From Fusobacterium sp. (GTDB lineage: Bacteria > Fusobacteriota > Fusobacteriia > Fusobacteriales > Fusobacteriaceae), in NCBI GenBank assembly GCA_020024915.1, contig JAHHSZ010000001.1, positions 1-48,652 of the forward strand: DNA of 48,652 bases, read 5' to 3'. The notes beneath the pieces were generated by a model. It had not been told where the DNA came from and ran no database searches. It worked only from the letters and a program-made list of their open reading frames with translations. Position numbers and translations under genes: made by a program. Below are positions 47,872 through 48,652 of the stretch, piece after piece (the stretch's first letter is position 1; each line of letters starts with the position of its first letter).

Positions 47872-48507
47872 CTACTTATTTCTTATTTCTAATAATTTTT
47901 TTCTAAATGCTTGAGCAGTTGCTATGATCTCTTCATCTGTTCCAGAAGCTAATTTTCCTCCAGCTCCTACTGCTATTACACCATTTTTAAACCATTCTTC
48001 CATATTGTCTAAACTAACTCCACCAGTAGGCATTATATTTGCGTGAGGTAATGGAGCTTTTACAGCTTTTACAAATGAAGGCCCAAAAGCACTTCCAGGG
48101 AATAGTTTTATAATATCAGCACCATATTGCATAGCTTTTGTCATCTCAGTTATAGTCATACAACCTGGCATATATGGTATTTGATAAAGATTACATAACT
48201 TAGCAGTCTCTTTATCAAATCCAGGTGACACTATAAACTCTGCTCCAGCAAGTATAGCTATTCTAGCAGTAGCTGCATCTAATACAGTTCCTGCACCTAT
48301 AACCATCTCATTATTTGTATCTTGCTCTTTAAGAGCTTTTATAACCTCAGTTGCTCCAGGAACAGTGTAAGTTACTTCAATAGCTGGTATTCCACCTTTT
48401 GTACAAGCCTTAGAGATTCTAACTCCCTCAGCTACATTCTCTCCTCTTACTACAGCTACAATTCCTATATCAGCTAGTTTTTCTAATATTTTGTATTTTT
48501 TTAGCAT
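47872..48507 (-). CDS. eda: KDPG/KHG aldolase
   Basis: VAVVRG, IEVT, IGAGTVLD, FIVSP, MPGCMT, KLFP, MPTGGV. Confidence 0.93.
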   Translation of the reverse strand: MLKKYKILEKLADIGIVAVVRGENVAEGVRISKACTKGGIPAIEVTYTVPGATEVIKALKEQDTNNEMVIGAGTVLDAATARIAILAGAEFIVSPGFDKETAKLCNLYQIPYMPGCMTITEMTKAMQYGADIIKLFPGSAFGPSFVKAVKAPLPHANIMPTGGVSLDNMEEWFKNGVIAVGAGGKLASGTDEEIIATAQAFRKKLLEIRNK

Positions 48508-48599
48508 TCTGTTTCCTCCTAAAAGAAAAATTTTGTTTACCTTTTACTATAAATATATAATAATTTTACCTTAAATTCAAGAAAATAATTCAACATTAA

Positions 48600-48615
48600 G
48601 TTTTATATATGAAAC
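48600..48615. promoter_or_regulatory. Candidate IclR-type operator upstream of eda
   Basis: Near-perfect palindrome GTTTTATATATGAAAC. Confidence 0.45.
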
Positions 48616-48652
48616 AAAAAAATATTAATATATTTTAAATATCTTCAAATAT

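Noticed and set aside
1..48652. CRISPR array, prophage, integrase or defence system
   Set aside because: No regularly spaced repeat-spacer array and no cas, phage, integrase or reverse-transcriptase genes were seen. The direct repeats found have only two copies.

Overview
AT-rich chromosomal window from a diderm anaerobe. Gene content and order suggest Fusobacteriaceae, probably Fusobacterium; this is an inference. Left part (+ strand): M29 aminopeptidase, a GT4/polysaccharide-deacetylase fusion, coaX, a cold-shock gene, a 54-aa ORF missing from the ORF track, tRNA-Leu(GAG), and a 7-gene surface-glycan cluster led by an unusual arylsulfotransferase-N-domain protein. Most of the rest is on the - strand: pdxK, a MORN2 protein, pepV, an MlaY/MlaZ-like lipase + MlaA pair, an IS3-family remnant, an amidase, hup (+ strand), fba, a long ktrBA-mnmG-rsmG-tamB-bamA-skp-lpxD-DUF2344-serS run, MarR-MATE-pepT, a ClC antiporter, and eda-kdgK-iclR. 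The most striking feature is at 41.5-45.6 kb. There, an spmA-spmB-PBP4(dacB)-LD-carboxypeptidase operon, which looks like peptidoglycan-peptide salvage, lies behind a lysine-riboswitch-like leader with a terminator. The leader's scaffold is intact but its ligand-pocket positions carry apparently compensatory changes, suggesting a variant riboswitch with a different ligand. Divergent from it is a promoter-to-terminator ~84-nt small RNA candidate with an anti-Shine-Dalgarno/start-codon motif. All calls come from reading motifs by eye; no searches were run.
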